Part shown: positions 1 to 10,124 of the stretch, piece by piece | How positions within the stretch are numbered: position 1 is the stretch's first letter | Layout of the letters: every line of letters starts with the position of its first letter | Source of the DNA: Geopsychrobacteraceae bacterium | GTDB lineage: Bacteria; Desulfobacterota; Desulfuromonadia; Desulfuromonadales; Geopsychrobacteraceae | Length of the DNA stretch: 64,000 nucleotides | Assembly (NCBI GenBank): GCA_963662315.1 | Contig: OY759353.1 | Span: forward strand, 2,528,001-2,592,000 | Reading direction: 5' to 3' | Position numbers and translations under genes: made by a program | Notes under the pieces: generated by a model | What the model was told of the DNA's origin: nothing | The model's input: the letters and a program-made list of their open reading frames with translations, nothing else | Database searches by the model: none

Positions 1-262
1 GGAAATGGGTTACGAGATTGAAGAGCGCGCTCTGACCGTAGACGAAGTCATGGAAGGCGCCCAGTCGGGCCGCCTCAGTGAAGCATTTGGTACCGGAACT
101 GCTGTTGTTATTTCGCCAGTCGGCTCATTCTGCTACAAGGACACATGTGTACAGCTCGGAGATGGAACGCCGGGTAAACTGACCATGGATCTGTATAATA
201 AGTTGACAGGTATTCAGTATGGTCAGGAACCTGACACCCATAATTGGGTTAAGATTCTTTAG
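1..262 (+). CDS. ilvE: Branched-chain amino acid aminotransferase, C-terminal part (truncated by window start)
   Basis: EAFGTGTAVVISPVG motif and LTGIQYG...D.HNWV ending typical of class IV aminotransferase IlvE. Confidence 0.85.
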   Translation, partial: EMGYEIEERALTVDEVMEGAQSGRLSEAFGTGTAVVISPVGSFCYKDTCVQLGDGTPGKLTMDLYNKLTGIQYGQEPDTHNWVKIL

Positions 263-297
263 CCAGCAGGGGCGCCGCCCCTGCATCATTTTAAATT

Positions 298-1566
298 TCA
301 AATCCCTCCCTTCGGGGAGGGTACCCCCTGCAAACGTTCAAGAATTGCCAGTTGCTCGCCAAAGGTTCCCGTCGTTCCTGCCGCTCCTCCCCACTCCAGT
401 AAGGCCCCCACAATCGCGACAGCATCAGCGTGCTCATCACTACTACAACGGGTCAGTAGTTGGCGTGTCCGCAAGGCATCGAACCAGACATGAAAAGCAG
501 CCAGACGTTGAGCTGAAGAAGCATAATTACGCTGTAATTTTTCCCAAACCCTCAGGAAGTCAAGTTCGCCCAAAAAGGCCCCTAATACCGCTGAAAGATC
601 TTCAGCCTGGGACATAATATGGACAGCGGTATCATCACTATGCTCCGCGACAATCCTCAACCAACCCTGCAACACAGCAAACGCCTGAACATCGACAAAC
701 CGGTAAGTCAGCAGATTATTGTCCACGTGCTGTTTCAGCGTGGGACCGGTTCCAAATGGAACCCGTCCTGAATAACGTGCAGCCGGTGCCACTACGGTAC
801 CGCACAGCGGTTCAACCCCTGAAGTTTTAGCCAGCCGCTGTAAAAAATAAAAATCCTCTGCCGCCTGACGACGGTTCATCCCTCCAGCAGCAATATATGC
901 CTGGGCCGAACAGCAAAACGCACTGCCAATCGTATGGTAAGCATAGGGTGAACCAGCCTTCTCAAGACCGAAAAGATAACTGCGCAGATAAAGTTCATAG
1001 CTGCGTATCGCCTTCTCCTGGACCGCGTCAACACCGGGCTGGTGATAAAAAGGGATAACCGCTCCTCCCTGCCCACCTTTTTTGAAGTGTTCATCAATTG
1101 CCTCGAGATAATGGCTGTCAACCAACGTATCAGCATCTAATGAGATCAGAACCGGTCGACAGGTCCAATCAAGACACTCCAGACTCAGATCAAAACCAAT
1201 CTTGCGCGCCAGCCCGACACCATCTTTTTGAGCAAACTCATAACCTTTTGCAGTTGCATCAATAACACCGATATTGAGCAGAGGAAAAGGATTGCCAGCC
1301 AGCCAGGAGAGAGTTTTTTGATTGTCATCCTTAAAAGCCTGACAAGAATGTTCACGCTGATTGACCACCACCACAATCAGGGTTTGAGCGAGAAGCCCCT
1401 CACTATTTAAGGCTAAAGCAGAGAGCGTTGCCGGTAAACTCTGGCTTTCCGCCAAGGCAGGAATAACGATAGCCATGCGGTAGTCAGTTCGGTAATTTCC
1501 CGAAAGTGACCAGACTTTTTCCTGAGGCTGTGCTCGACGATATTTAGCCAGACGCCGCTCAATCAT
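298..1566 (-). CDS. Glycosyltransferase family 2-like protein
   Basis: IVIPALAE, GVGLARKIG, SLDADT (DxD) and EDFYFL motifs; start chosen at MIERR, overlapping the miaA stop. Confidence 0.7.
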   Translation of the reverse strand: MIERRLAKYRRAQPQEKVWSLSGNYRTDYRMAIVIPALAESQSLPATLSALALNSEGLLAQTLIVVVVNQREHSCQAFKDDNQKTLSWLAGNPFPLLNIGVIDATAKGYEFAQKDGVGLARKIGFDLSLECLDWTCRPVLISLDADTLVDSHYLEAIDEHFKKGGQGGAVIPFYHQPGVDAVQEKAIRSYELYLRSYLFGLEKAGSPYAYHTIGSAFCCSAQAYIAAGGMNRRQAAEDFYFLQRLAKTSGVEPLCGTVVAPAARYSGRVPFGTGPTLKQHVDNNLLTYRFVDVQAFAVLQGWLRIVAEHSDDTAVHIMSQAEDLSAVLGAFLGELDFLRVWEKLQRNYASSAQRLAAFHVWFDALRTRQLLTRCSSDEHADAVAIVGALLEWGGAAGTTGTFGEQLAILERLQGVPSPKGGI

Positions 1567-2488
1567 CTGTAACAATAACCAGACGACAGTTGTCGACAAT
1601 TCTGCATAACTGGCCAAAAGGATCGTCAGCCCCTTCAAGCCAGATAATATTCACCCCGTTTTTTTCCATCCGGCGAAAAAAGGTTTCCTGACGTTTGGCA
1701 AATTTGGCAATAGCGCGACTCAGCTCCAGCAGCATCGCATCTCTACTGGTCTGTCCTTGCAGATACTGGGCAATCAGGCGGTATTCAAGACCATAAAATT
1801 CCAGTTGCTTCCAGGCCACCCCCTGTCTATGCAGCTCTGCAACTTCTTCAATCATTCCCGCATCGACCCGTGCCTGTAAACGCTGCGTAATGCGTTGGCG
1901 TAACATCTCACGCGGCCAGCGCAGGCCAAATATCAGAGGCATGAGCCTGGGCATTGGAGGCATCTCTTTAATTGCTAGCTGCTCTCCAATAGCTATCTCA
2001 ATAGCACGGATCAGGCGCTCGCGCAGTTCAAGGTCAGTCATATTATGTTGATCCGGTTTCAGAGCGAGCAACTTCTGTCGCAATTGAGCATCACTTAAAA
2101 CCGCCAATTCCATACGCAATTCTGAATTTTCCGGAACTTCAACAAGCCGGTAGCCACGCAATACAGCGTCAAGATACATCCCCGTGCCACCACACAGCAC
2201 CGGCAGTTTCTGTCGCTCCTGAATTTTTTCTATAGCCGTGAAACAATCGCGCTGAAAACGGAACAGGTTATATTCCGTGCCGGGTTCAGCAATATCAATC
2301 AAGTGGTAAGGCACAGTTCCGTACTCGGCAAGGTCTTTTCCACTACCAATATCCATCCCCCGGTAAACTTGCCGTGAATCAGCGGAAATAACTTCACCGC
2401 CATAACGCTGGGCAGCCTGCACGGCTAATCCAGTCTTACCACCGGCAGTAGCACCCAGAACGACCAGAAGATTGTAGTCTGTTGTCAT
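1559..2488 (-). CDS. miaA: tRNA dimethylallyltransferase
   Basis: GATAGGKT P-loop, ISADSRQVYRGMDIG, GGTGMY, FAKRQ motifs. Confidence 0.93.
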   Translation of the reverse strand: MTTDYNLLVVLGATAGGKTGLAVQAAQRYGGEVISADSRQVYRGMDIGSGKDLAEYGTVPYHLIDIAEPGTEYNLFRFQRDCFTAIEKIQERQKLPVLCGGTGMYLDAVLRGYRLVEVPENSELRMELAVLSDAQLRQKLLALKPDQHNMTDLELRERLIRAIEIAIGEQLAIKEMPPMPRLMPLIFGLRWPREMLRQRITQRLQARVDAGMIEEVAELHRQGVAWKQLEFYGLEYRLIAQYLQGQTSRDAMLLELSRAIAKFAKRQETFFRRMEKNGVNIIWLEGADDPFGQLCRIVDNCRLVIVTDD

Positions 2489-2588
2489 TTGTTTTAGCCC
2501 TTCGCTGAAACCAGTTTATTCCTTTGCCCTGTGCCGGACATCTGTTATAGTCCCGTTGTTTTATCTCAACCCATGAAAAAATCAACAG

Positions 2589-3833
2589 ATGAATGAAAAT
2601 AATCCAGTAATCCTGAAACGGGATCAACACAACATATCCCGCAAACAGATCGACCCTGACTGTTTGAAAGTCCTCTACCGACTGCACCGGAATGGCTATA
2701 AAGCCTACTTGGTGGGAGGTAGCGTTCGTGATCTTTTACTTGGCCGACAACCCAAAGATTTTGATATTGGAACGGATGCAACCCCAACCCAGGTGCGCAA
2801 GCTATTTCGCAACTGCTTTCTGGTTGGCCGACGTTTTCGCCTGGCCCACATCCGTTTTGCTGATAACAAAGTCATTGAGGTTGCCACCTTCAGACGCCAT
2901 CCAACTGATGACGAGCTTCCGGATGATCCGGATGAGCATTTCCACTTCGTGCAAAATGTGTTCGGCACGCCCTATGAAGATGCCCAGCGACGTGACTTTA
3001 CCATCAATGCTCTGTTCTACAATATTGCTGATTTCTCGGTCATTGACCATGTGGGTGGTCTGCAGGACCTTAACAGTAAAGTGATACGCGTCATCGGCGA
3101 TCCCATGGTGCGCTTTGTCGAAGATCCGGTGCGCATGCTGCGGACCCTGGAATTTGCCAGCCGCCTTGATTTCAGTATCAATGCAGATATCTGGCCAGCA
3201 ATCGAAGCCCACAAAGAACTCATGGCGACAGCAGCCCCAGCGCGTATCCGTGAAGAAGTTATGGAACTGTTCCGGCGCGGCATAGCAGCTCCGGTTCTTA
3301 AACAATGCCGTGAACTTGGCCTGCTCTCTCATTTACTGGCGGGCTATCCAGGTAGCGACGAGGGAATCGCGCTGCTCAACCAGATTGATCAGCGCACCAG
3401 ACAGGGACAACCACCCCGTGAATCCCTGGCTATTGCCGCTCTCTACCTGAGACTGTTTCTGGATCTGTGTCAGCCGGCTACCCAGCATAACCTGGCGCAG
3501 GTCCTGCACCAGCTCAACGAGCTCTTAACACCGCATTGCCGCTATTTCAGCATTGCCAGCGGAATTCGCCACGAGGCGAGAGAGCTACTGATGGGGTGCT
3601 TTCGCCTGGCCCGCGGCCGCGGTTTTCGCGGCGAAAGACGTTTTTTGGAGAATCCTGCGGCTAAAAGCGCTCTGGAACTGTTCTGCCTGCTGGCAGAAGT
3701 TCGCCCCCAATTAGCCCCCCTAGCCCAAGACTGGCTTCAGGCCGTACCTGGCAAGAAAACAGCGTCTAAAGCAAAAGCTCCCTACCGGAAACGTCGGTCC
3801 CGAAAAAAAATTCATCACAATCCTGTCACCTAA
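2589..3833 (+). CDS. pcnB: Poly(A) polymerase I
   Basis: VGGSVRDLLLG, KDFDI, LVGRRFRLAHI signature, RRDFTINA, EDPVRMLR; basic C-terminal tail. Confidence 0.9.
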   Translation: MNENNPVILKRDQHNISRKQIDPDCLKVLYRLHRNGYKAYLVGGSVRDLLLGRQPKDFDIGTDATPTQVRKLFRNCFLVGRRFRLAHIRFADNKVIEVATFRRHPTDDELPDDPDEHFHFVQNVFGTPYEDAQRRDFTINALFYNIADFSVIDHVGGLQDLNSKVIRVIGDPMVRFVEDPVRMLRTLEFASRLDFSINADIWPAIEAHKELMATAAPARIREEVMELFRRGIAAPVLKQCRELGLLSHLLAGYPGSDEGIALLNQIDQRTRQGQPPRESLAIAALYLRLFLDLCQPATQHNLAQVLHQLNELLTPHCRYFSIASGIRHEARELLMGCFRLARGRGFRGERRFLENPAAKSALELFCLLAEVRPQLAPLAQDWLQAVPGKKTASKAKAPYRKRRSRKKIHHNPVT

Positions 3834-3842
3834 AGTCACCAT

Positions 3843-3864
3843 CCCCGCTTATTTAGGCGGGGAA
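3843..3864 (+). terminator. GC-rich hairpin after pcnB
   Basis: ccccgctt-attt-aggcgggg stem-loop just downstream of the stop; U-tract weak on this strand. Confidence 0.45.
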
Positions 3865-4047
3865 AGCAAAAACACGTATCTATTTCAGCATATCCAAAAT
3901 AATTAAGCTATCTCCGCTAAAAATAGTGGTTTAATACTCACTTTTAAAGAGGTTAGCCCGTTGTAATGATATCTCATTTCTGTTATCGTTCCTTGATTAA
4001 CATTCTCTTAGCCCTGGGGTTTTTCTTTCTGTTTTTCAGGAGCCGTT

Positions 4048-6261
4048 ATGAAACTGGACAGTCTGCAAAGCAAAATCAGTGGTACATTGATCTTGGTCCT
4101 GCTTATCGTTCTGGGTATCGGATTCACCATCACATCCATCCAATCGCGGAACCTTCTCAACCAACAGGCTGAAGAATCAAGTGAGGCTGTTCACGAAGTT
4201 ATTATTGAGCAGGCCCGGGGTATTTTCGCCAGCCTTGACATCGGCACCCGTGGCTCCCTAGAACGTGGTGAGATGGAGGTTTTTGATGAACTGATCAATG
4301 GACTCGGTTCAGTGCCCGGAGTCATTGAGGTCGGTCTGGCGAATCCCAAAGGAAACACCAGTTACTCAAGTAACCGTAACCAGGTTGGGCAACCAGTAAA
4401 AGACCTGAACATCACAAGTCCATCGGCGACCATCAATATGGAAAGCGAAGCTACAGACACCGTCTTCTTGGCCCAGGGGAGAAAGTTTGAAGAAAAATGC
4501 ATCGATTGTCACGATGATGCTAAAATTGGCAATCTCGCCGGAGTCCTGTATTTAAAATACAGCCTGGCCAAATTAGCCAAAGAGCGTCAACACAATGCGG
4601 CGATACTTGCCAGTTCCACAACCGAAAGTATTACAAGTAACACCATTATTGCCTTATCCTGCCTGTTTATTACCTGGTTGGTGTTGTACTTAATGATGCG
4701 CAGGATGATCGTTTCCCCATTAGTCAATATCAAAGATGTGCTGACCAGCATCAGCCATGGGCACCTGAATACACGGCTTAACTTAAAACAGAGTGACATG
4801 ATCGGCCAGACCGCCCGCACCCTTGATGCCCTGGCTGACAGCCTGCAACAGGAGATTGTTCTGCCACTTCAGCAATTGTCGCAACGCGATCTGACCTTCA
4901 GCGTCAGTCCCCATGACAATCATGACGAACTGCGCCTGGCGATAAAAACACTCGGCGAAGATCTCGGCAGCTTGATCAAGGATTTTCAAACTGCCGGCGA
5001 GCAGATCGATCTCGGCAGCTCACAAGTCAGCGCAGCAGCACAGCAGTTGTCCGATGGCGCGACCCAATCAGCCGCATCGGTTGAGCAGATCAGCAGCTCC
5101 ATGAATCAGATCGGCAGCCAGACCAATGCCAGTGCCGATAGTGCCCGCCAGGCGAATCAACTGGCACAGACGGCCCAGCAGGCGGCAGACACTGGCATGC
5201 AGCGCATGACTGATATGATTCAGGCCATGGGCGAAATAAATTCTGCCAGTCAAAATATAGGCAAGATCATTAAAGTCATTGATGAAATAGCCTTCCAGAC
5301 CAACCTGCTGGCTTTAAATGCTGCCGTTGAAGCCGCACGTGCCGGACAACATGGCAAAGGATTTGCCGTTGTTGCGGAAGAAGTCCGCAACTTGGCGGCC
5401 CGTAGTGCCAAAGCCGCAGCAGAAACAGCAGAACTGATTGAAGGCTCTGTGGCAAAGACCAGCAATGGCACCCAAATTGCCGAAGGAACTGCCGCCGCAC
5501 TCGAAGAAATAGTGGCTGCCATCAGCAAGGTCACCACCCTGATATCGGACATAGCCACCGCCAGTAGCGAACAGGCCCAGGGTATCAGCCAGGTCAACCA
5601 GGGTCTCCAGCAGATTGACCAAGTCATCCAGAGCAATACTGCCAACGCCGAAGAAAGCGCCGCAACCAGTGAAGAACTTTCCACCCAGGCGGCGGAACTC
5701 AGGTACCAGCTCAGCCTGTTTAAACTTCACAACGGCCCACGCTCCTCCAGACAGCTTGACCCTCCGGTGCAGCAGCCATGGCGTGCCCAATCCTCTGCCC
5801 AATCGGCCATTGCTCAACACACCTTTACCAAGGAGTCTTCCAAGACCCATCTTGAATGGGACAACAGGTTCAAAACGGGTCTCCCACTTATAGACAATCA
5901 ACATAAAACCCTCATTGAACTGATCAATCGCCTGTTTTCCTGTATGCGTGACGGTGGAAATCGTCAGCAGACCATGGAAATTGTCGATGAGCTGGTAAAC
6001 TATACAGTAACGCACTTCCAGGCTGAAGAAGATTTAATGAGAAAACATCATTACCCGGCTCTTGGTGAACACATCAAGGTTCACCAAAAATTTGTTTCTC
6101 AAGTTTCTGTTTTTGCACAAAAAATTAAGTCTGACAGTCATTTGGCACCGGCAGATATTTATAAATTCCTCAAGGACTGGCTGATCAATCACATTGAAAA
6201 AGAGGACCGGGACGGCTACGGCTCATTCATAACAAAGTCGAGACAAGGCACTTCAAATTAA
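4048..6261 (+). CDS. Methyl-accepting chemotaxis protein with periplasmic CXXCH sensor and C-terminal hemerythrin domain
   Basis: Two TM helices, [29 protein letters not shown] signalling core, C-terminal IDNQH...HFQAEE...H..VH...WLINHI..ED hemerythrin ligand pattern. Confidence 0.9.
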   Translation: MKLDSLQSKISGTLILVLLIVLGIGFTITSIQSRNLLNQQAEESSEAVHEVIIEQARGIFASLDIGTRGSLERGEMEVFDELINGLGSVPGVIEVGLANPKGNTSYSSNRNQVGQPVKDLNITSPSATINMESEATDTVFLAQGRKFEEKCIDCHDDAKIGNLAGVLYLKYSLAKLAKERQHNAAILASSTTESITSNTIIALSCLFITWLVLYLMMRRMIVSPLVNIKDVLTSISHGHLNTRLNLKQSDMIGQTARTLDALADSLQQEIVLPLQQLSQRDLTFSVSPHDNHDELRLAIKTLGEDLGSLIKDFQTAGEQIDLGSSQVSAAAQQLSDGATQSAASVEQISSSMNQIGSQTNASADSARQANQLAQTAQQAADTGMQRMTDMIQAMGEINSASQNIGKIIKVIDEIAFQTNLLALNAAVEAARAGQHGKGFAVVAEEVRNLAARSAKAAAETAELIEGSVAKTSNGTQIAEGTAAALEEIVAAISKVTTLISDIATASSEQAQGISQVNQGLQQIDQVIQSNTANAEESAATSEELSTQAAELRYQLSLFKLHNGPRSSRQLDPPVQQPWRAQSSAQSAIAQHTFTKESSKTHLEWDNRFKTGLPLIDNQHKTLIELINRLFSCMRDGGNRQQTMEIVDELVNYTVTHFQAEEDLMRKHHYPALGEHIKVHQKFVSQVSVFAQKIKSDSHLAPADIYKFLKDWLINHIEKEDRDGYGSFITKSRQGTSN

Positions 6262-6329
6262 CGTAAGTTATTAAGTTATAGCTGCTTTTTTACGCAGTTA
6301 ATTATTATTAATTTTTTTAGCTTTTTCTC

Positions 6330-6358
6330 TTTAACTTTGTTTATTTGTTTTATATAAT
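6330..6358 (+). promoter_or_regulatory. Possible internal sigma70-type promoter upstream of cheA
   Basis: Very AT-rich 158-bp gap; TATAAT at 6353-6358 with a weak -35 (TTTAAC) 17 bp upstream. Confidence 0.3.
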
Positions 6359-6419
6359 TAAATTCTGTTTTAATTCATATGGACTTCACTACTCTAAATC
6401 TTTCCGTTGAGGATCGGTA

Positions 6420-8720
6420 ATGGGCACAGAAATAGACGACGATCAAATTGAAATTATCCAGGAATTTGTCACTGAAAGCCGCGACATGATTGAGCAACTG
6501 GAACCAGCTATCATAGAGCTGGGCCAGAACAGCGACCCTGAGACAATCAATGCCATCTTCCGCTTGTTCCACTCAATGAAAGGGAGCGCTGGCTTTCTTG
6601 AGTTTGATCATTTAACACGGGTTGCTCATGCAGCTGAGAATTTGCTCGATCTCATTCGTAATAAAGAAATTGAGCTGATTCCTAGCCACGTTACCCTGTT
6701 GTGTGAATCATGCGATTTTGCTAAAGAAGCGCTTGATATGATTGAGAGCGACTTCAATGATGATTCAATGGTCGCAGCTGCTGACGAAATTTCCGTAAAG
6801 CTGCACCACGCCATTGAGCATCAGGGGGAAGAATCTGTAGAGACTGACAGCACAACCGGAGCAACCGTTTCGACTCCTGAGGATCTCGCTCCGTCCCCTG
6901 CAACGTTAGAGCCCGTCGATTCACCATTCCCACAGATGGAAATTACGGAAGAGATGCGCGTCAGCTTTGTCCAGGAAGGAAACGAACTGCTACAGAATGC
7001 TGAGCAGGGCTTACTGTTGTGGGGGGAAAATCCCGACGACAAAGATACCCTTGGCGATATTTTTCGCCATATTCACAGTTTTAAAGGCAACTGCGGTTTT
7101 TTCGGATTTGCGGATCTGGAAAAACTGAGCCACCAGATGGAAAACATTTTGGATCGGGCCAAATCAGGGTCTCGGCTAGCCACCGACACTCCTGCCGATC
7201 AGTTACTGATCAGTCTGGATGTCCTGCAGCAGGCAGTTAATAACATTGCCGATGGGAAAAGTGACAAGATTGACGATATTAGCAGCCATCTGGCCGACTT
7301 GAACAAACTGCTGGCTCCGCTGCTCGGTGACTTCCTGGTTGAGGAGGGTGTTCAGGAAGACGCCATTTCCACCGCAGTAAAAACTCAGAAAAAACCTGTT
7401 GGTGAAATCCTGATCCAGCAAGGCGCAGCTTCGCAGCAACAGATTGACAGTGCGCTGAAGAAGCAACAGGACAAAATCGATCAGAGCAAAGCTGAGGCTA
7501 AACAACCGGCCGCCCGCTCCAAAACACCGGCGAAAAGGCAAGATATCCGTGTTGAACTTGGCAAGCTTGACAACCTGATCAACCTGATTGGCGAGCTGGT
7601 TATTGCTGAAAATATGCTGATCCATAACCCTGACCTCAAAGGCCTGGAACTGGAAAACTTTAACAAAGCCGGCCAACACATGTCTAAACTGGTGCGGGAA
7701 CTGCAGGAAATGGCCATGACCATCCGCATGATTCCAGTATCCGGCCTGTTCCGCCGTATGATTCGACTGGTCCACGATATTTCGGTTAAAGCGGGTAAGA
7801 AAGTTGATCTGCAACTGATCGGTGAAGAAACTGAAATTGACAAGACCGTTATTGAGACAATCACCGATCCCCTGGTTCACTTGCTGCGCAACTCCCTTGA
7901 CCACGGTCTAGAAACACCGGCACAAAGGACAGCTGTAGGCAAGATTGATAAAGGAACGATTAAACTCTCAGCCCGCCATGAAGAAGGCGAAGTATGGGTC
8001 ACCATCGAAGATGATGGCCGAGGCTTGAATAGGGAAAAAATTCTCGAAAAAGCGATCATCAAAGGACTGATTGAAGGGGATGGCTCTGACCTCAGCGAAA
8101 AACAGATCAACAATCTGATTTTTGCCCCAGGATTTTCAACGGCAGCGCAAATAACCGATATTTCTGGTCGTGGCGTTGGTATGGATGTCGTCAAAAAGAA
8201 CCTTGAAAAAATCAAAGGTAAAATTGACGTCACCAGCAACCCGGGCCAGGGGACCAAAATCACTCTGCGCATTCCGCTGACCCTGGCAATTATTGACGGT
8301 ATGATCGTGCGGGTCGGAACCACAACCTGTATCGTTCCGACCCTGTCAATTCTTGAGGCTTATCGCCCGGATATGGGCTCAATCACCATCACTCCCGATG
8401 GCGAAGAGCTGGCCCGCGTCCGTGAAAACTTTTTCCCGATCGTCCGACTGCACAAGATTCTTGACAAGCAACCCGACTCCCAAAAACTATCTGACGGGAT
8501 TCTCATTGTCCTTGAATATCAAGAAACCCGCTTCTGCCTGTTCATAGACGAGATCCTCGGTCAGCAGCAAACGGTCATCAAGGGCCTGTCTGACTTTATC
8601 GGCAACGTTCAGGGAGTTTCAGGCTGCACCATCCTTGGCGATGGTGGCATCAGTCTGATTCTGGATGTCGGCAGCCTGATGGAATCGGCAAGCCGTAAAC
8701 AAGATCACGCTTTCGAATAA
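6420..8720 (+). CDS. cheA: Chemotaxis histidine kinase CheA with two Hpt domains
   Basis: FRLFHSMKG and FRHIHSFKG Hpt motifs, LVHLLRNSLDHG, DDGRG, FAPGFST, SGRGVGMDVV, C-terminal CheW domain. Confidence 0.95.
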   Translation: MGTEIDDDQIEIIQEFVTESRDMIEQLEPAIIELGQNSDPETINAIFRLFHSMKGSAGFLEFDHLTRVAHAAENLLDLIRNKEIELIPSHVTLLCESCDFAKEALDMIESDFNDDSMVAAADEISVKLHHAIEHQGEESVETDSTTGATVSTPEDLAPSPATLEPVDSPFPQMEITEEMRVSFVQEGNELLQNAEQGLLLWGENPDDKDTLGDIFRHIHSFKGNCGFFGFADLEKLSHQMENILDRAKSGSRLATDTPADQLLISLDVLQQAVNNIADGKSDKIDDISSHLADLNKLLAPLLGDFLVEEGVQEDAISTAVKTQKKPVGEILIQQGAASQQQIDSALKKQQDKIDQSKAEAKQPAARSKTPAKRQDIRVELGKLDNLINLIGELVIAENMLIHNPDLKGLELENFNKAGQHMSKLVRELQEMAMTIRMIPVSGLFRRMIRLVHDISVKAGKKVDLQLIGEETEIDKTVIETITDPLVHLLRNSLDHGLETPAQRTAVGKIDKGTIKLSARHEEGEVWVTIEDDGRGLNREKILEKAIIKGLIEGDGSDLSEKQINNLIFAPGFSTAAQITDISGRGVGMDVVKKNLEKIKGKIDVTSNPGQGTKITLRIPLTLAIIDGMIVRVGTTTCIVPTLSILEAYRPDMGSITITPDGEELARVRENFFPIVRLHKILDKQPDSQKLSDGILIVLEYQETRFCLFIDEILGQQQTVIKGLSDFIGNVQGVSGCTILGDGGISLILDVGSLMESASRKQDHAFE

Positions 8721-8740
8721 TACGCATAAAGGAGAAAAAC

Positions 8741-9244
8741 ATGGCTGAAGAATTGAGCATGACAAGCCTGGAAAATGAAGATACCCAACGGGACAAGTAC
8801 CTGACTTTTCACTTGGCTGGTGAAGATTACGGCATTGAGATCCGCTATGTTATAGAAATCATTGGTATCCAGAATATTACTGAGGTCCCTGATATGCCAG
8901 CGTTTATTCGTGGTGTCATCAACCTGCGCGGCAAAGTTATTCCGGTTATGGATGTCCGTAATCGCTTTAACCTTGAAGATCGCGATTATGATGACCGTAC
9001 CTGTATCATCGTCGTCAATGTTGACAGTACCGAAGTCGGCCTGGTCGTTGATGAAGTGAGCGAGGTTGCTGATATTCCCGAAGCCAATGTTGAACCTCCA
9101 CCAAAAACCAATCGCAATTCAGAAAGCAGCTACATTCAGGGGATGGGGAAAATCAATAACGATGTCAAAATCCTCCTGGATGTTCACAAGCTACTGTACA
9201 GCGGCGAGATGATGGAACTTGCTGCAGCTTTTGACGATCAGTAA
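8741..9244 (+). CDS. cheW: Chemotaxis coupling protein CheW
   Basis: ITEVPDMPAFIRGVINLRGKVIPV, GLVVDEV; aaggag RBS. Confidence 0.95.
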   Translation: MAEELSMTSLENEDTQRDKYLTFHLAGEDYGIEIRYVIEIIGIQNITEVPDMPAFIRGVINLRGKVIPVMDVRNRFNLEDRDYDDRTCIIVVNVDSTEVGLVVDEVSEVADIPEANVEPPPKTNRNSESSYIQGMGKINNDVKILLDVHKLLYSGEMMELAAAFDDQ

Positions 9245-9254
9245 TATTAAGCTT

Positions 9255-10124
9255 ATGGCAGAACAAATGAAAAACACCGAGTATCAGGGAAGCATGATGG
9301 CCATCAGCGATGATGAATTTGCCAGACTGCGCAATCTGATCCATCAACGCTTTGGCATCAATCTGACCGAGCAGAAACGTTCACTGTTGGTAGGACGGCT
9401 ACAGAAGCTGATGCGACGCCTGCATCTGTCGAATTTTTCAGATTACTATGACTACCTGAAAGAGGACCAGACGGAAGGAGCGCTGGGTGAACTTGTCGAT
9501 CTCATATCGACAAACCATACCTACTTTAACCGTGAAAAAGATCATTTTGACTATTTTTCACAAACAGCGCTGCCCGCAGTTATTGAGAAGCTGAAGCAAG
9601 AGAAACGCCGTGATCTGCGTATCTGGTGTGCAGGCTGTTCTACCGGTGAGGAACCCTACACGTTATTGATGCTGATGATGGAATATCTGGGTGCTGACTA
9701 CGCATCCTGGGATGCGGGAATCCTGGCTACCGATATTTCTGACCGAGCTCTGACCATTGCCAAACGGGGTGCCTATGCCACCGACCGGGTCATGCAATTA
9801 CCCGAGAACCTGCGTAGAAAATATTTCACCACTGCAGGTCCTGGGGAAATGCAGGTCATTGACAAGCTGAAGAAGGAAGCAACATTCAGGCGCTTTAACC
9901 TGATGAACACGACGTTTCCGTTTAAAAAGCCATTCCAGATGATCTTCTGCCGGAATGTCATGATTTATTTTGACCAAGAAACCCGTGAAGCATTAGTTAG
10001 TCGTTACCACAAAGCCACGGAACCTGGCGGATACCTGTTTATCGGGCATTCAGAGACTCTGGGCCGGAATCAATCCCTCTACCGCTATATCAAGCCGGCA
10101 CTCTACCAGAAAGGGCCCAATTAA
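9255..10124 (+). CDS. cheR: Chemotaxis methyltransferase CheR
   Basis: TNHTYFNRE, RIWCAGCSTGEEPY, ILATDIS, IFCRNVMIYFD, GHSE. Confidence 0.95.
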   Translation: MAEQMKNTEYQGSMMAISDDEFARLRNLIHQRFGINLTEQKRSLLVGRLQKLMRRLHLSNFSDYYDYLKEDQTEGALGELVDLISTNHTYFNREKDHFDYFSQTALPAVIEKLKQEKRRDLRIWCAGCSTGEEPYTLLMLMMEYLGADYASWDAGILATDISDRALTIAKRGAYATDRVMQLPENLRRKYFTTAGPGEMQVIDKLKKEATFRRFNLMNTTFPFKKPFQMIFCRNVMIYFDQETREALVSRYHKATEPGGYLFIGHSETLGRNQSLYRYIKPALYQKGPN

